IMG/VR virus record: IMGVR_UViG_3300025876_000016
Reading direction: 5' to 3' (one strand)
Length of the DNA stretch: 64,000 bases
Source of the DNA: a virus
The position numbers and the translations under genes were made by a program. Each line of letters opens with the position of its first letter. Positions within the stretch are counted from its first letter, which is position 1. Below are positions 37,334 through 47,503 of the stretch, in pieces. The notes beneath the pieces are model-generated. The model was not told the DNA's origin and searched no databases. It was given only the letters and a program-made list of their open reading frames with translations.

Positions 37334-38209
37334 TTATTTATTTAATTCATCGTATCTCTTTTCGAGAAACATCTTTTTTTCTTGCAAAATATTTATCTGT
37401 TTGTTAATTGCACCTATCTCTTTTTTTAACGCAGGTAAATTAACAGGATAAGTTATGTTTATATCTAACTTTTCCTTCTGAACGTGAATCATTACTTCCT
37501 CTGAATCAATATTTTTCTCTAAACCAAATGCTAAAGATGTTTGAGGTTTTTGAGGTTCTTCAGTTATTGGAAAACTTGCTTCCTTATATTCACCTAAACC
37601 ATTTTTTATTAGAACTTCCTGTGTATCTTCAGGCAAAGATTTTTTAATCATCATACAGGTAGTTTTCAAATTCGTTAAAATAAAACCTGCTTCATCACTT
37701 CGCTCCCCAAAATCTTTGGGATTTATTTCTGCTAATTTATTTTCTATCTCCTGAATTTCACTTTTGTTTTTACAAGAATTAATATCAGGTAGTACAGAGT
37801 TTAAGTGCATTAATTTTTCATTTAAAGCATCTTTTTCCTGTTGCTCCTTTTCTTTTGCAATTCTTTCTTGCTCTTTTATTTTTTCCTGCTCCTGTTCGTA
37901 GGGTAGCATTTTTTCTTTTAAAATAGATTCAGCATCTTTTAATGGAACATAAATAGATTTTGCAAACGCATCTAATGATTTACCTGCTTCGATTATCGGT
38001 GCTTTTAATTCTTTTCTTTTTTTCTCAACCGCAACGTGAGTATTTTTTATTACTTTTTTTAATTCAACCGCTTCTTTGTAGGAATCTTTATCATCCACTT
38101 TTACTATAATAAATTCTGCTGATTTTATTAATTGATTCACGTTTTCGTGAACCGACATTAAATCTACTTTTACTTTTTTTTGTATTGAGGTAATTTCACT
38201 TTGTATCAT
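37334..38209 (-). CDS. Coiled-coil protein (DUF1351-like)
   Basis: EKKRKELKAP...K.LDAFAK pattern; between exonuclease and RecT. Confidence 0.5.
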   Translation of the reverse strand: MIQSEITSIQKKVKVDLMSVHENVNQLIKSAEFIIVKVDDKDSYKEAVELKKVIKNTHVAVEKKRKELKAPIIEAGKSLDAFAKSIYVPLKDAESILKEKMLPYEQEQEKIKEQERIAKEKEQQEKDALNEKLMHLNSVLPDINSCKNKSEIQEIENKLAEINPKDFGERSDEAGFILTNLKTTCMMIKKSLPEDTQEVLIKNGLGEYKEASFPITEEPQKPQTSLAFGLEKNIDSEEVMIHVQKEKLDINITYPVNLPALKKEIGAINKQINILQEKKMFLEKRYDELNK

Positions 38210-38219
38210 AACAACTTAT

Positions 38220-39044
38220 TTATTCAGGTTTAACAATTTTTATTGGCGGTATATCTTGTTTGAAAGTACACCATTGATTATAGGCACAACTTCTACACAT
38301 AGAATATTCAGGTATAGGCTCAAAACCTTTATCTAAAGTTCTTGTTAAATAGTTTTTAGCCTTGTTTAAAAATATTTCGTGCTGAATTAAATCATCCGTA
38401 GAAATATCAACATAAATAATTTTGCAAGTACCTATTTTTTTAGAATCGAAAACAAAAAAGAAAAAAGGTGGATTATATCCATATTCTTTCCAAAAAAGAA
38501 ATTTATAATGTGTTGCTTGAAGCATCGTGCCTTCTTTTTTAGGAAGGAAATCTAAATGCCAACCAAATTCACTCCATTTATCTTCTAATAAGCCTGAATA
38601 TTTTAAATCAATAATGACGACATTTTCAGTATTGTTTGGGTCGTGAAAAACATCTTTATTCTCAAAAACTTCATCCCACCTTGCTTTAATATCCAAAGTG
38701 CCTACCCATTGTTCTTCAGCAATAACCTTTTCACCTGCTGTGAGTAGTTCAATTCCATATTTCTGAATTACTTCTTTAAAATAAGTTGCTTGTTGTTGAG
38801 CGACTTTAAAATCTGAAGTTAATTCTCCTTTTTTAGTGGTATCAGGTTTTGGTGCTTCAGTTTCTCCTTTAGCTAAAGCACCTGTGCATAAGTATTCAAA
38901 GTAGTGTCCTAAATTATTAGCCTTACTTCCTTTTCCAAATTGCTGTAAAATCCATTTGTTTTGAAATAACAATCCACATAACTGTTTCTTTTGATATTTC
39001 ACAAGGTCTTTTACCATCGACTGATTAATTAATAGCTTACTCAT
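38220..39044 (-). CDS. Cas4/RecB-like PD-(D/E)XK exonuclease
   Basis: GTLD, IIDLKYS, Q...Y, C..C.Y...C plus N-terminal Cys; start set at MSKL. Confidence 0.75.
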   Translation of the reverse strand: MSKLLINQSMVKDLVKYQKKQLCGLLFQNKWILQQFGKGSKANNLGHYFEYLCTGALAKGETEAPKPDTTKKGELTSDFKVAQQQATYFKEVIQKYGIELLTAGEKVIAEEQWVGTLDIKARWDEVFENKDVFHDPNNTENVVIIDLKYSGLLEDKWSEFGWHLDFLPKKEGTMLQATHYKFLFWKEYGYNPPFFFFVFDSKKIGTCKIIYVDISTDDLIQHEIFLNKAKNYLTRTLDKGFEPIPEYSMCRSCAYNQWCTFKQDIPPIKIVKPE

Positions 39045-39339
39045 AATTATCAATTTGCAGATTATCTTCATACCAATCATCAAAATCATTTACTTCAAAT
39101 GATTCATCTTCGAATAGATTCCAAAATGCCTGTCTAATTAAATCAAAATTGGCAAATTCTTTTTTATCTACATATACTTGTGCTTTACCTATAAATATTG
39201 ACAAATCACGAATAATATATGTTGTGTCTAAATCTATTCCCATTGAAATTTTATCGCCATAACAATCTTTTGTTTTTGGTGTCCAATTACATTCGCATAT
39301 ATATTTTATAGCGAGATTCATTTTATCTAAATCTTTCAT
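39037..39339 (-). CDS. Hypothetical protein
   Basis: Intact ORF downstream of a hairpin. Confidence 0.55.
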   Translation of the reverse strand: MKDLDKMNLAIKYICECNWTPKTKDCYGDKISMGIDLDTTYIIRDLSIFIGKAQVYVDKKEFANFDLIRQAFWNLFEDESFEVNDFDDWYEDNLQIDNYE

Positions 39340-39397
39340 AATTTAAAATATTAAGGGGGTGAAATAAATCACCCCCTGATTAAAAAAAAAATATTAA

Positions 39398-40597
39398 TTA
39401 AGGCATTTTAGATGTTTTAACTTTCAAGTCTGTCTTGTCGAAAGTTTTAATATCATCCAAAATGGTTACTGATTTATGCTCAATTTCATACCTTTCTTCA
39501 GGCGTTGCATCGTGTTGTGCATAATAAGTAAGTGCCTGTGATACTCCGAAAGCATTTGTGTCGCCACCTTGAATAAAATAATTAAGGATATTTTTTTCCT
39601 TATCTTCAGGAATAGCTAAACTCTTGGTAACATTTTTTACGCAATCCAAAGGGTTTTCTAATTGTTGATTACCCTTTTCAGTTAATTCGTGAATTTTCGC
39701 ACCTAAATATTCTTGCGAAGCATAGGTTTTAATTGCATCTTTTACTTGTGAAATAACAAGGTCATAATTTTTTTGCCTTGTATCTTCAGACCAATCAATA
39801 GTTGAAAATTCATCCATTTTTGCTCCTAAATGGGTTTTTGCAAACGCATCATTTTTAAATATCATTCCATTCCTACAAGCTAATACAACTGCTCTTGGTG
39901 ATATAGAAAATTTACCATAGCCTGTTTCAGAATTGGAAACGACAAAACCTGTGATTATTCCATTATTTTGATTTCCACCTTTAGGCACTCGGTAATTTTG
40001 CAAAATGTCAGGGGCTTGTACTTCAATATCAGGCAAAGTAAATCGCATAAAGAATTTCCTATCAGTAATATCTCCGCTTTCTATTTGCACGTTTAAGCCA
40101 CTTTCACGGATAGCATCAAGCGTTGCTAACATAACATCATAATTGTCTATTACGTTGTATCTATCAGATAAAATGGCTCTTGCTATACCTTCGTTTTTTT
40201 CTTTGTTCACGAAAGTTCTTAATAGATAATTTTTATTCACTTTTGACAGCCAATGATTCACGTTAAAATCTAAAGCGTGAATGTTATCATCAGTTCTCAT
40301 TTTATCATAATATCTTTTTGGAATATCCAAACGTGAAGATATTTGAGAATGAAGCGTATCTAATGAAGCTAAATTAATAGTTTGCTTATCATAAACACTA
40401 TCATCAACCGCTATACCTGTGTCAATAAGTAATTGTGTCAAAGAATCTAAATCATCTTTGTTAATTACTTTTAAATCGCCTTTTACCATTTCGATAAAAC
40501 GACTTGGGATTACAAAATCATATTTTTGTAGATTTTGTTCTTGTAGAGCCTGAACGATTTCCGTTATGCTCAAATTTTTAAGATTTAATTTTTCCAT
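39398..40597 (-). CDS. DUF932-like protein
   Basis: RAILSDRY..IDN; G..VSNSETG.G.F.I......LACRNGMI. Confidence 0.65.
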   Translation of the reverse strand: MEKLNLKNLSITEIVQALQEQNLQKYDFVIPSRFIEMVKGDLKVINKDDLDSLTQLLIDTGIAVDDSVYDKQTINLASLDTLHSQISSRLDIPKRYYDKMRTDDNIHALDFNVNHWLSKVNKNYLLRTFVNKEKNEGIARAILSDRYNVIDNYDVMLATLDAIRESGLNVQIESGDITDRKFFMRFTLPDIEVQAPDILQNYRVPKGGNQNNGIITGFVVSNSETGYGKFSISPRAVVLACRNGMIFKNDAFAKTHLGAKMDEFSTIDWSEDTRQKNYDLVISQVKDAIKTYASQEYLGAKIHELTEKGNQQLENPLDCVKNVTKSLAIPEDKEKNILNYFIQGGDTNAFGVSQALTYYAQHDATPEERYEIEHKSVTILDDIKTFDKTDLKVKTSKMP

Positions 40598-40640
40598 TGT
40601 GATTAGAATTAATTATTTATTATTTGAATTAATAGTTCAA

Positions 40641-40648
40641 CAAAAGTA
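40641..40648 (-). promoter_or_regulatory. Putative -7 promoter box
   Basis: TACTTTTG on minus strand upstream of 40597. Confidence 0.5.
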
Positions 40649-40697
40649 GCATAAATAAATTACTATACAACTTTCATTGATTAAAAAAAAGGGGGTA

Positions 40698-41330
40698 TCA
40701 AGCCCCTTTGTAATTTATGTCAGAATATTTATCCTGCTCGTCAGGGAATAATTCCAAATAAATCGGAATCCAATAACTTGAATAAAAAGAATGTCCTGCT
40801 GATTTCATAAATATCAGATTATTGAAACCATCTAATTCTTCAATTACTCCACAACCTTTAGACAAAACAACATCAGTTGTATCAGTAGAATTATAGTATG
40901 AATCTCTCCATTCAAATAAAGTATTCCACAGGGGATAATTCTCTTGCTCGTCTATATACTCCTGAATATCATCTGCATATTCATTTTCTGTGAAAGATAA
41001 AAACCCATCCCAATCTTCATCTATACAAGTGATAAATGAATCTTCAATATTGCCTTTAAATGCAACATATTTATCAACACGGTCTTTAGTGTTGTCAATA
41101 CCTGTTGAATTGCAATAATCTTCAATAATCGTGATTTCATCACAATCATCTAAATATTCAATAATTGAATCTTGAAAATCAGGCGTAACAATATTGTCTA
41201 TTAACATATCATCACTTACCTTTTCAAGCACTTCTAATTGAATGAAATTAAATTGGGTGTTTACCCAATCGTGTACTTTTTGCTCTAACTCACGGAGCAA
41301 ATCTGCTTTTGAAACTGTTTTCGTTTCCAT
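40698..41330 (-). CDS. Acidic hypothetical protein
   Basis: Intact ORF. Confidence 0.6.
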   Translation of the reverse strand: METKTVSKADLLRELEQKVHDWVNTQFNFIQLEVLEKVSDDMLIDNIVTPDFQDSIIEYLDDCDEITIIEDYCNSTGIDNTKDRVDKYVAFKGNIEDSFITCIDEDWDGFLSFTENEYADDIQEYIDEQENYPLWNTLFEWRDSYYNSTDTTDVVLSKGCGVIEELDGFNNLIFMKSAGHSFYSSYWIPIYLELFPDEQDKYSDINYKGA

Positions 41331-41547
41331 AACTAAAAATTAAATTAAATGTGCGTTAAGGATTTCGCACCCCCCATTAAAATATTTTATTTGAATTAAA
41401 TCTATTTTCAAAAAAACTCGTTAAACGATTAATGTTTATATTTAAAAATGTTGAATCCTTGTCTTTTTTTTGTATGTATATTCTTGAATATAATTCCCAA
41501 TTAATATTATCCCAACCAAAAGACCAATGATTATTTTTGTTCATAGC

Positions 41548-41775
41548 TTATGTTTTAAAATAAATAGTATCATCATCTTCATCTTCTAAATCTTCAGCTT
41601 TATTAATAGCTTTTTCGATTTCGTAAGACCAATAATGTAATTCACTTTTAAATTCGTCAGAATCATCAGAATCAAGAATAGCTTTGGATATTAATAAATC
41701 TAAAAAACATTCTTCATTCTTTTCTCGTTCATCTTGCGATTGAAAAATCTGCAAGGCAAATTGTTCTTTCTCCAT
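41548..41775 (-). CDS. Acidic hypothetical protein
   Basis: Coupled to the neighbouring ORF. Confidence 0.5.
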   Translation of the reverse strand: MEKEQFALQIFQSQDEREKNEECFLDLLISKAILDSDDSDEFKSELHYWSYEIEKAINKAEDLEDEDDDTIYFKT

Positions 41776-41969
41776 TAATTTTGAATAATAGAATCTTCTA
41801 ACAATTTAACAGCTACACGAAAATCGCTAACACGATTTAATTTTAAATTGTAATTGACTGCAACTATTTTTAGTGATGGTAGAACTTGGCTCAATTTTAA
41901 AGAACCAATTTTCATTATATGCAATTTGGTTAAAAGCACAGGTTCGATTAAAGAATAATTATTATTCAT
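41775..41969 (-). CDS. Hypothetical protein
   Basis: Coupled ORF. Confidence 0.45.
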   Translation of the reverse strand: MNNNYSLIEPVLLTKLHIMKIGSLKLSQVLPSLKIVAVNYNLKLNRVSDFRVAVKLLEDSIIQN

Positions 41970-42022
41970 TGTGATTAAATTAAATAAGCCTACTCTATAT
42001 GGTTTTCAGCATCCCCAATATT

Positions 42023-42283
42023 TTATTTTAAATAAGTTAAATTTGTTAATGTGTCTGCTTCAATAAATGTATCAGGAACACGACAAGTAACTATATGATT
42101 GTATTTTACTTTTTTATCTTTATTTAGGGCAATCATAATTTTTGAACCATTAACAAATTTAATTGTCTTGTAACCTCGTACATAGAAATTATCAGATTTC
42201 TTTTGCCAACCATTTTTAATTAGAAAATCTTTAAAATTAAAAAACATAACTTCTTTCTTTTTGGAAAATATTTTTGTAAACAT
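42023..42283 (-). CDS. Hypothetical protein
   Basis: Start set at MFTK, downstream of a hairpin. Confidence 0.45.
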   Translation of the reverse strand: MFTKIFSKKKEVMFFNFKDFLIKNGWQKKSDNFYVRGYKTIKFVNGSKIMIALNKDKKVKYNHIVTCRVPDTFIEADTLTNLTYLK

Positions 42284-42332
42284 TTTATTTATTATTAATG
42301 GGGGCAAAAACACCTCTGCCCCCTGTAAGGAA

Positions 42333-44249
42333 TTAAAATTTTGCTAACGTAGAAATAACATTAATTTTTTCGTCATTAAATTCTCTGTGCTGTTTGATAG
42401 TTGCTCTAAACTTCACTTTAGAACCTATCTCCACTTCTTCGTGGTCGCTTACAATAAATCGGTCATTAATTTGTCCGAATTTTGAAAATAGATTTCCCTT
42501 ATCATCTTTCATTTCATAAAGAAAAGTATCTCCCCATTTATTGCTTATTTCTTTTACTAATGTAACTTCAAGTTCCGCAGGATATTTTTCACCAATTTCG
42601 CCTACCCATTTTGAGTTAATTAATTTCTTAACATTATCGGCTTGACTTTCTGAATCAGAATCACCCCACGCATCAAAATTGCTTTTAGGAATAAACGCTA
42701 ATACATTTTTTGCTCTTGTATATGCAACATAACGTAAATTTTCTTCCTGCTGAATTTCCCAATCTTGCTCGGCAAATTTGCTCGGCATTAATTCAGGGTG
42801 AATAATAAAAACATTATCGGCTTCTAAACCTTTTGATTTGTGAATAGTAGATAAAACAATTCCCTCTTTATTGTTATCAGAAAATATTAAATCAATCTTT
42901 GCAATTAAATCGCTTGGCTTGTCTGCATTTTTAGAAAGCATTTCAATAACAGAAATTTTTTCTTTTGCTGTTTCGTAGGTTTGCGTTTCCGTTGCTTCAT
43001 CAGAATTTAATCCCTCTTTTCGCATTATAGATTTTTTAACCTTTTCTAAATCTGCATAAATACGATTAAACATATTTTCCAAAGACCATTCTTCACGCTT
43101 ACGCTTGGTATCTTCAACCATCTTAATTAATGACCTACCAATATCACCGCCCATAATTCGTGCTTTTTTGCCCTCTGAAAGGAATTTAAGACACAATCTA
43201 ACCAAAGGATAGGTTTGTCTACATAATACCATATCAGAATCGCTTATATCGGCTAATTTGCAATCTTCCTTTACTTCGCCATCTTTTGCACCATCAAAGG
43301 CTTCTATATGGCTTATAATCTTTTTTGCTTTAGCAATTATGTTTTTTCCACACCGATAGCAAACTGAAAGTGGTAACTGAATTGTATTTTTTATTGCACA
43401 CAATTTTTTGAAAGAATCTGAATCTGCTCCTGCAAAACCATAAATAGCTTGGGCAGGGTCGCCAACTGCAACAAATCTACCTGTATTTGGCTTAATTGCT
43501 TTTTGCATTAAAGTACGCTGACAAGCATTTAAGTCTTGGCACTCGTCAATAAATACAATATCATATTGCTTTACTTTTACGTTAAATTTAATTGGTAAGA
43601 AAATCATATCGGTAAAATCCATTTTTGCAAAATATGACATTCCTAATTGAATTAAATTCCACGCTCTAAAACACTCGCCATTTTGTAATTCGACATTATG
43701 CTTTTTTGCGATTAAATTTAATTCATCAATTCCCTTAACACGATTATCTGTATCAATTAAATTAAGTCTACCTAAATCGCATAATTGAACAACTCGGCTT
43801 AAATAAGATTTCTTGTTATCTATTTCCTCACCTACCCAATCAACTTCCATTTCGTAAACTAATTTCATATCACTACCTGAAAATTTGTAGTCTTTAATTA
43901 CATCTAAATTACTTGTATGAATGAACTCAAATATTTCACGAATCATTTTGCTATATTTTCCTGAAAAAATATCAATAGAATAATCTTGCAATAATGATGA
44001 ATAGCCAAAACCGTGTACGGTCTTAACGTGAACATTAGGAACATTAGGAATACGCTCTTGTATTTCTTTAGCGATACTTTTATTAAACGCTAAAAACAAA
44101 ACACGCTTATTGCTCGGAATTAATTTTAGGGCATTTAACAATGTTGTTGTTTTCCCTGAACCTGCGACTGCGGAAACTACTGCATTTCCTGTACCATCCG
44201 TAATGAAGTCATAGATTTTTTGCTGAAATTTACTTGGCTTAAAAGACAT
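42333..44249 (-). CDS. UvrD/Rep-like SF1 helicase with C-terminal OB-fold-like extension
   Basis: AGSGKTT, IDECQD, VGDPAQAIYGFAGAD, STIHKSKGLE, YVAYTRAK. Confidence 0.92.
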   Translation of the reverse strand: MSFKPSKFQQKIYDFITDGTGNAVVSAVAGSGKTTTLLNALKLIPSNKRVLFLAFNKSIAKEIQERIPNVPNVHVKTVHGFGYSSLLQDYSIDIFSGKYSKMIREIFEFIHTSNLDVIKDYKFSGSDMKLVYEMEVDWVGEEIDNKKSYLSRVVQLCDLGRLNLIDTDNRVKGIDELNLIAKKHNVELQNGECFRAWNLIQLGMSYFAKMDFTDMIFLPIKFNVKVKQYDIVFIDECQDLNACQRTLMQKAIKPNTGRFVAVGDPAQAIYGFAGADSDSFKKLCAIKNTIQLPLSVCYRCGKNIIAKAKKIISHIEAFDGAKDGEVKEDCKLADISDSDMVLCRQTYPLVRLCLKFLSEGKKARIMGGDIGRSLIKMVEDTKRKREEWSLENMFNRIYADLEKVKKSIMRKEGLNSDEATETQTYETAKEKISVIEMLSKNADKPSDLIAKIDLIFSDNNKEGIVLSTIHKSKGLEADNVFIIHPELMPSKFAEQDWEIQQEENLRYVAYTRAKNVLAFIPKSNFDAWGDSDSESQADNVKKLINSKWVGEIGEKYPAELEVTLVKEISNKWGDTFLYEMKDDKGNLFSKFGQINDRFIVSDHEEVEIGSKVKFRATIKQHREFNDEKINVISTLAKF

Positions 44250-44314
44250 AGTATATATATTAAATAATAGGGGTAAATAGCCCTACCCCTTTAGGCTTTT
44301 TTGAACTGTGGGTT

Positions 44315-44322
44315 CAAATATA
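44315..44322 (-). promoter_or_regulatory. Putative -7 promoter box
   Basis: CTATATTTGAAC, identical to the box at 50589. Confidence 0.55.
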
Positions 44323-44347
44323 GTTTATTAGATTTGAAAAAACAAAA

Positions 44348-44869
44348 TTATTTCCAATCATCTACTTCAACAGATTCGTTGATATATTCTTTTTTGTCAA
44401 AGAAAACATCGCTTAAAATATTGTGTAAATTACTTTTAATTCTGTCGTTGTAATTAAATCGACTTCCCATAAATAAACAAAGGGGGATTTCTTCTACGAT
44501 ACAATCTTCTAAAAAATCAAAATCAATATCAAAATAATGACTCGGAAAAATTGAAATTGTTGTAGCCTTTTGACCATCAATTATTTTTTCTTCTTTTTTT
44601 CTTCTGAACGGTACTTCTCTAAAACAATTAGCAGAAACACAATTAGCATTTTCATCTTGAAAAAGAAAATTCATTTCCGATTCTTTCACACCGCAACATT
44701 CGTTGTCTATTAAATAACTATTTACATCGGTTTTTAAAAAACCATCATAATCAATCATTAAATTAAAATTCTGACCAACTGCATTACTAATTTTTTCTGA
44801 CAATTTATCTTTGTCGATAATTGATACTTTAAGTTCTAAAGCACCTTTTGGAATATTTACTTTTTTCAT
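44348..44869 (-). CDS. Hypothetical protein
   Basis: Start set at MKKV. Confidence 0.55.
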   Translation of the reverse strand: MKKVNIPKGALELKVSIIDKDKLSEKISNAVGQNFNLMIDYDGFLKTDVNSYLIDNECCGVKESEMNFLFQDENANCVSANCFREVPFRRKKEEKIIDGQKATTISIFPSHYFDIDFDFLEDCIVEEIPLCLFMGSRFNYNDRIKSNLHNILSDVFFDKKEYINESVEVDDWK

Positions 44870-44926
44870 TTTTTTTAGTTTTAAAAAAGGGGGCAAATAA
44901 ATACCCCCTTGAAATAAATAATTTAA

Positions 44927-45628
44927 TTAATTTTCGTGTTGTTTATTACGCTGTATTAATTCCTGAAACTTTTTATCTTCTTCCGAAACAGATTCATTAT
45001 TTAATACTTCTTCTTCATAATTAACTATACGCTCATTTATTATATTTAATTGTTTAACAAGTATTGGATAAACTTCTTGAAATTGTTTTTCTTCATCTGA
45101 CAATGATTTTTCCTTTTTCATTCTTTTTATTTCAGAATCATAAAATTTAATCACATCATCAAAAACAACAGTTGTTTCTGCTGTTACTGATAAATCAATC
45201 CAATTCGTAAATTCCTTGTGAAAGAAATCAGCTAAATAGCCTTTTTCTTTACAATAGAAATGTATATTCTGTCTGAATTTATTTAAAGCGAATTTTGTTT
45301 TACCCTCTCTTAACATTTGTCTATCCACTAAATAAGCTAACTGACCGATTCTATTATTCAAATCAGATATATACGATTGTAAAGATTCTATTATTTCATC
45401 ACGCTCTTTCAAATCTTTATCCGAATAGCTTTCTTGATTTAATAAAATAGATAATTTTTCTCGAATCAACTTATCAAGTTGCTGTTTCACAGGGTCGGTT
45501 TCTCGACCAATAAGATTGCCTATATCTTGACGACACATTTCTTCATTTACAAAAGCATCTAAAATTATGTCGTTTTCAATTTCAGTATATACTTTGTTGT
45601 GGTTTTCTTTTTTTGATTTTTTTGCCAT
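44927..45628 (-). CDS. Coiled-coil hypothetical protein
   Basis: Intact ORF. Confidence 0.55.
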   Translation of the reverse strand: MAKKSKKENHNKVYTEIENDIILDAFVNEEMCRQDIGNLIGRETDPVKQQLDKLIREKLSILLNQESYSDKDLKERDEIIESLQSYISDLNNRIGQLAYLVDRQMLREGKTKFALNKFRQNIHFYCKEKGYLADFFHKEFTNWIDLSVTAETTVVFDDVIKFYDSEIKRMKKEKSLSDEEKQFQEVYPILVKQLNIINERIVNYEEEVLNNESVSEEDKKFQELIQRNKQHEN

Positions 45629-45654
45629 TTTACTATTTTTTAAAAATTAATTAA

Positions 45655-45924
45655 TTAAGAGAAATCGTAACTATCAACACGAAACGCATATCCTTCTTTT
45701 TCTAACGCTTTATTAACACAATACGCTATGTGGTATGGGGGTTCGCTGTCATATACTTCATCAAATTTTTCTTCAATTTTTCTGCAACCTATTTTACACA
45801 TTTCCGTAATTAATTCGGCTGACACTTTTTGCTGACCTTTAATTTTACGAATTACTTTTTTAACTAAACTTTGACAGGCTTTATTTCCTGCCTTTGTAAA
45901 CATTTCATAATCTGAATAAATCAT
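45655..45924 (-). CDS. Hypothetical protein
   Basis: Intact ORF downstream of a hairpin. Confidence 0.55.
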   Translation of the reverse strand: MIYSDYEMFTKAGNKACQSLVKKVIRKIKGQQKVSAELITEMCKIGCRKIEEKFDEVYDSEPPYHIAYCVNKALEKEGYAFRVDSYDFS

Positions 45925-45988
45925 AATTATTTATTTTAAATAAAAAAAATAGGAACATCTTACCCTGCTCCTTTGGGATTAATAATTG

Positions 45989-46124
45989 TGGGGTGTGCGG
46001 AAGTCGAATCCGCAATTAACCACGTTGGTAGTATTCATATTTTACCGACAAGGCTCTATTGTTGTTCCTCTTAAATAAGATTTCCCACATTTCCATAGAT
46101 TTACTGTTCACCTTGTAACACCCC
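45989..46124 (-). ncRNA. 136-nt tRNA-like RNA with an enlarged internal domain
   Basis: GGGGTGT/ACACCCC acceptor, discriminator A, GCGGA-TTCGACT-TCCGC T-arm; no canonical anticodon arm. Confidence 0.55.
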
Positions 46125-46137
46125 AATTTACGTTTAA

Positions 46138-46353
46138 TTAAAATTCAGTTTTTAAATTTTCAATTTCGTTTTTTAAATCCAACGTATCAGAATTTAAAAT
46201 TTCATCGAGCATTTGCCCTATATTATTAATTGTTTGTTCTCTTGAATTTCTAATTGCTGTTTCCAACGCTCCCTCACTCTCCAAATCAGCATATTCATCG
46301 TACTTCAAACACCAACTCGCAAACACTTTTAATTTTTCTTCAGTAGTTGCCAT
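46138..46353 (-). CDS. Hypothetical protein
   Basis: Intact ORF. Confidence 0.5.
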   Translation of the reverse strand: MATTEEKLKVFASWCLKYDEYADLESEGALETAIRNSREQTINNIGQMLDEILNSDTLDLKNEIENLKTEF

Positions 46354-46355
46354 AA

Positions 46356-46589
46356 TTAAATTTTTATATCGTAAATACTATCAACACCTTCTTGGATAAG
46401 AATTTCTTCTTCTAATTCCGTAGCTTTTCGGTCAATTATTTCCATCGCTTCATATATTAAATTAGATGGGCTATCAGTAGAAGTTGTCGAATCAATTTCC
46501 TCAACAAAAGAATCTTGAAATAAAGAATTTAATTCATCTGTTATTTCATTTAATCTTTCGTACTTGCTTATTTTTTCTGCTATATTCAT
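46356..46589 (-). CDS. Acidic hypothetical protein
   Basis: Intact ORF. Confidence 0.5.
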   Translation of the reverse strand: MNIAEKISKYERLNEITDELNSLFQDSFVEEIDSTTSTDSPSNLIYEAMEIIDRKATELEEEILIQEGVDSIYDIKI

Positions 46590-46592
46590 AAT

Positions 46593-46967
46593 CTATTTTT
46601 TTAAAAATGTAGAAAGACCATTTGAGCATCCTAAAATGCTATTTGCTCGTTCCTCTAATGATTTAATTTGTTCTTGAATATCTTTTACATCAAAAGATAC
46701 ATAGTAGCCTTTAGACGAGCCTATAATTGGCTGTTGTCCTGTACTGCGTATATAATTAATTAATTTACGCAATCTTACACCGCTTAATTTTCTGATTTTA
46801 TATTTAGTGTTATTACTTAAAAAAACATTAAACCCTTTAATTACAGCATCGCTTTTAATTGGATTGTCTTTTTTGTATTTCTTAAAACCATTAATTACCA
46901 ACGGAACTAAAAGTAATTCGTCAGGCGTTAAATCGTGGGTGTGGTCGTTAAATTCAAAAGTATTCAT
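46593..46967 (-). CDS. Winged-helix DNA-binding protein
   Basis: VRLRKLINYIR...PIIGSSKGYY; start set at MNTF. Confidence 0.6.
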   Translation of the reverse strand: MNTFEFNDHTHDLTPDELLLVPLVINGFKKYKKDNPIKSDAVIKGFNVFLSNNTKYKIRKLSGVRLRKLINYIRSTGQQPIIGSSKGYYVSFDVKDIQEQIKSLEERANSILGCSNGLSTFLKK

Positions 46968-46968
46968 A

Positions 46969-47178
46969 TCATCCAAAATTAATTTGTTCAAATTCCGTTC
47001 TTGTACCAAAATGTTCCTTTACTCGAACTTCGATACACTCCATCATTTCAAAATCAAAGAATTGATTTAATAACCTTAATTCTTTTAATTCAAGAAAGCG
47101 TTTAGTTTTTTTTCTTCGCTTGTCCTTCCATACGATTGTCCATTCAATGAACTCACGCAAAATTTCTTTTTCTTTCAT
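46969..47178 (-). CDS. Hypothetical protein
   Basis: Intact ORF in operon. Confidence 0.45.
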   Translation of the reverse strand: MKEKEILREFIEWTIVWKDKRRKKTKRFLELKELRLLNQFFDFEMMECIEVRVKEHFGTRTEFEQINFG

Positions 47179-47179
47179 A

Positions 47180-47359
47180 TCAATAAATTTTATTTACACA
47201 TTTTATTTGACTGCGTTTTATACAAAACACTCTTTCCATACGAGGGTGATTTTTGCGAAATTGTTTTAACGCATCTTTTCGACTTCTCGCTTTTATTGTG
47301 GCTTGTTCTATTAAAGAACCTGCCCACGTTGTACTGCGATAAAAAACATAATAATTCAT
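47180..47359 (-). CDS. Small hypothetical protein (59 aa, not in ORF track)
   Basis: MNYYVFYRSTTWAG..., downstream of a hairpin. Confidence 0.5.
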   Translation of the reverse strand: MNYYVFYRSTTWAGSLIEQATIKARSRKDALKQFRKNHPRMERVFCIKRSQIKCVNKIY

Positions 47360-47503
47360 AGCCTTATAAAATTTTTTATAAAATTGTGGGGATAACTACC
47401 CTACCCCCATAGGTTCAATAATTAATCTTCTTTGTTTTGGTTTATTAATGTACCTGTAATGAGCAATCCCATTATAATTGCCCAAGCTAAAACACATATC
47501 CAT

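Noticed and set aside
38220-39044. CRISPR-Cas system (Cas4-like gene)
   Set aside because: No repeat-spacer array or other cas genes; the RecT neighbour indicates a recombination exonuclease.
45989-46124. tmRNA
   Set aside because: No G3-U70 pair, only 136 nt, and no evident tag reading frame.
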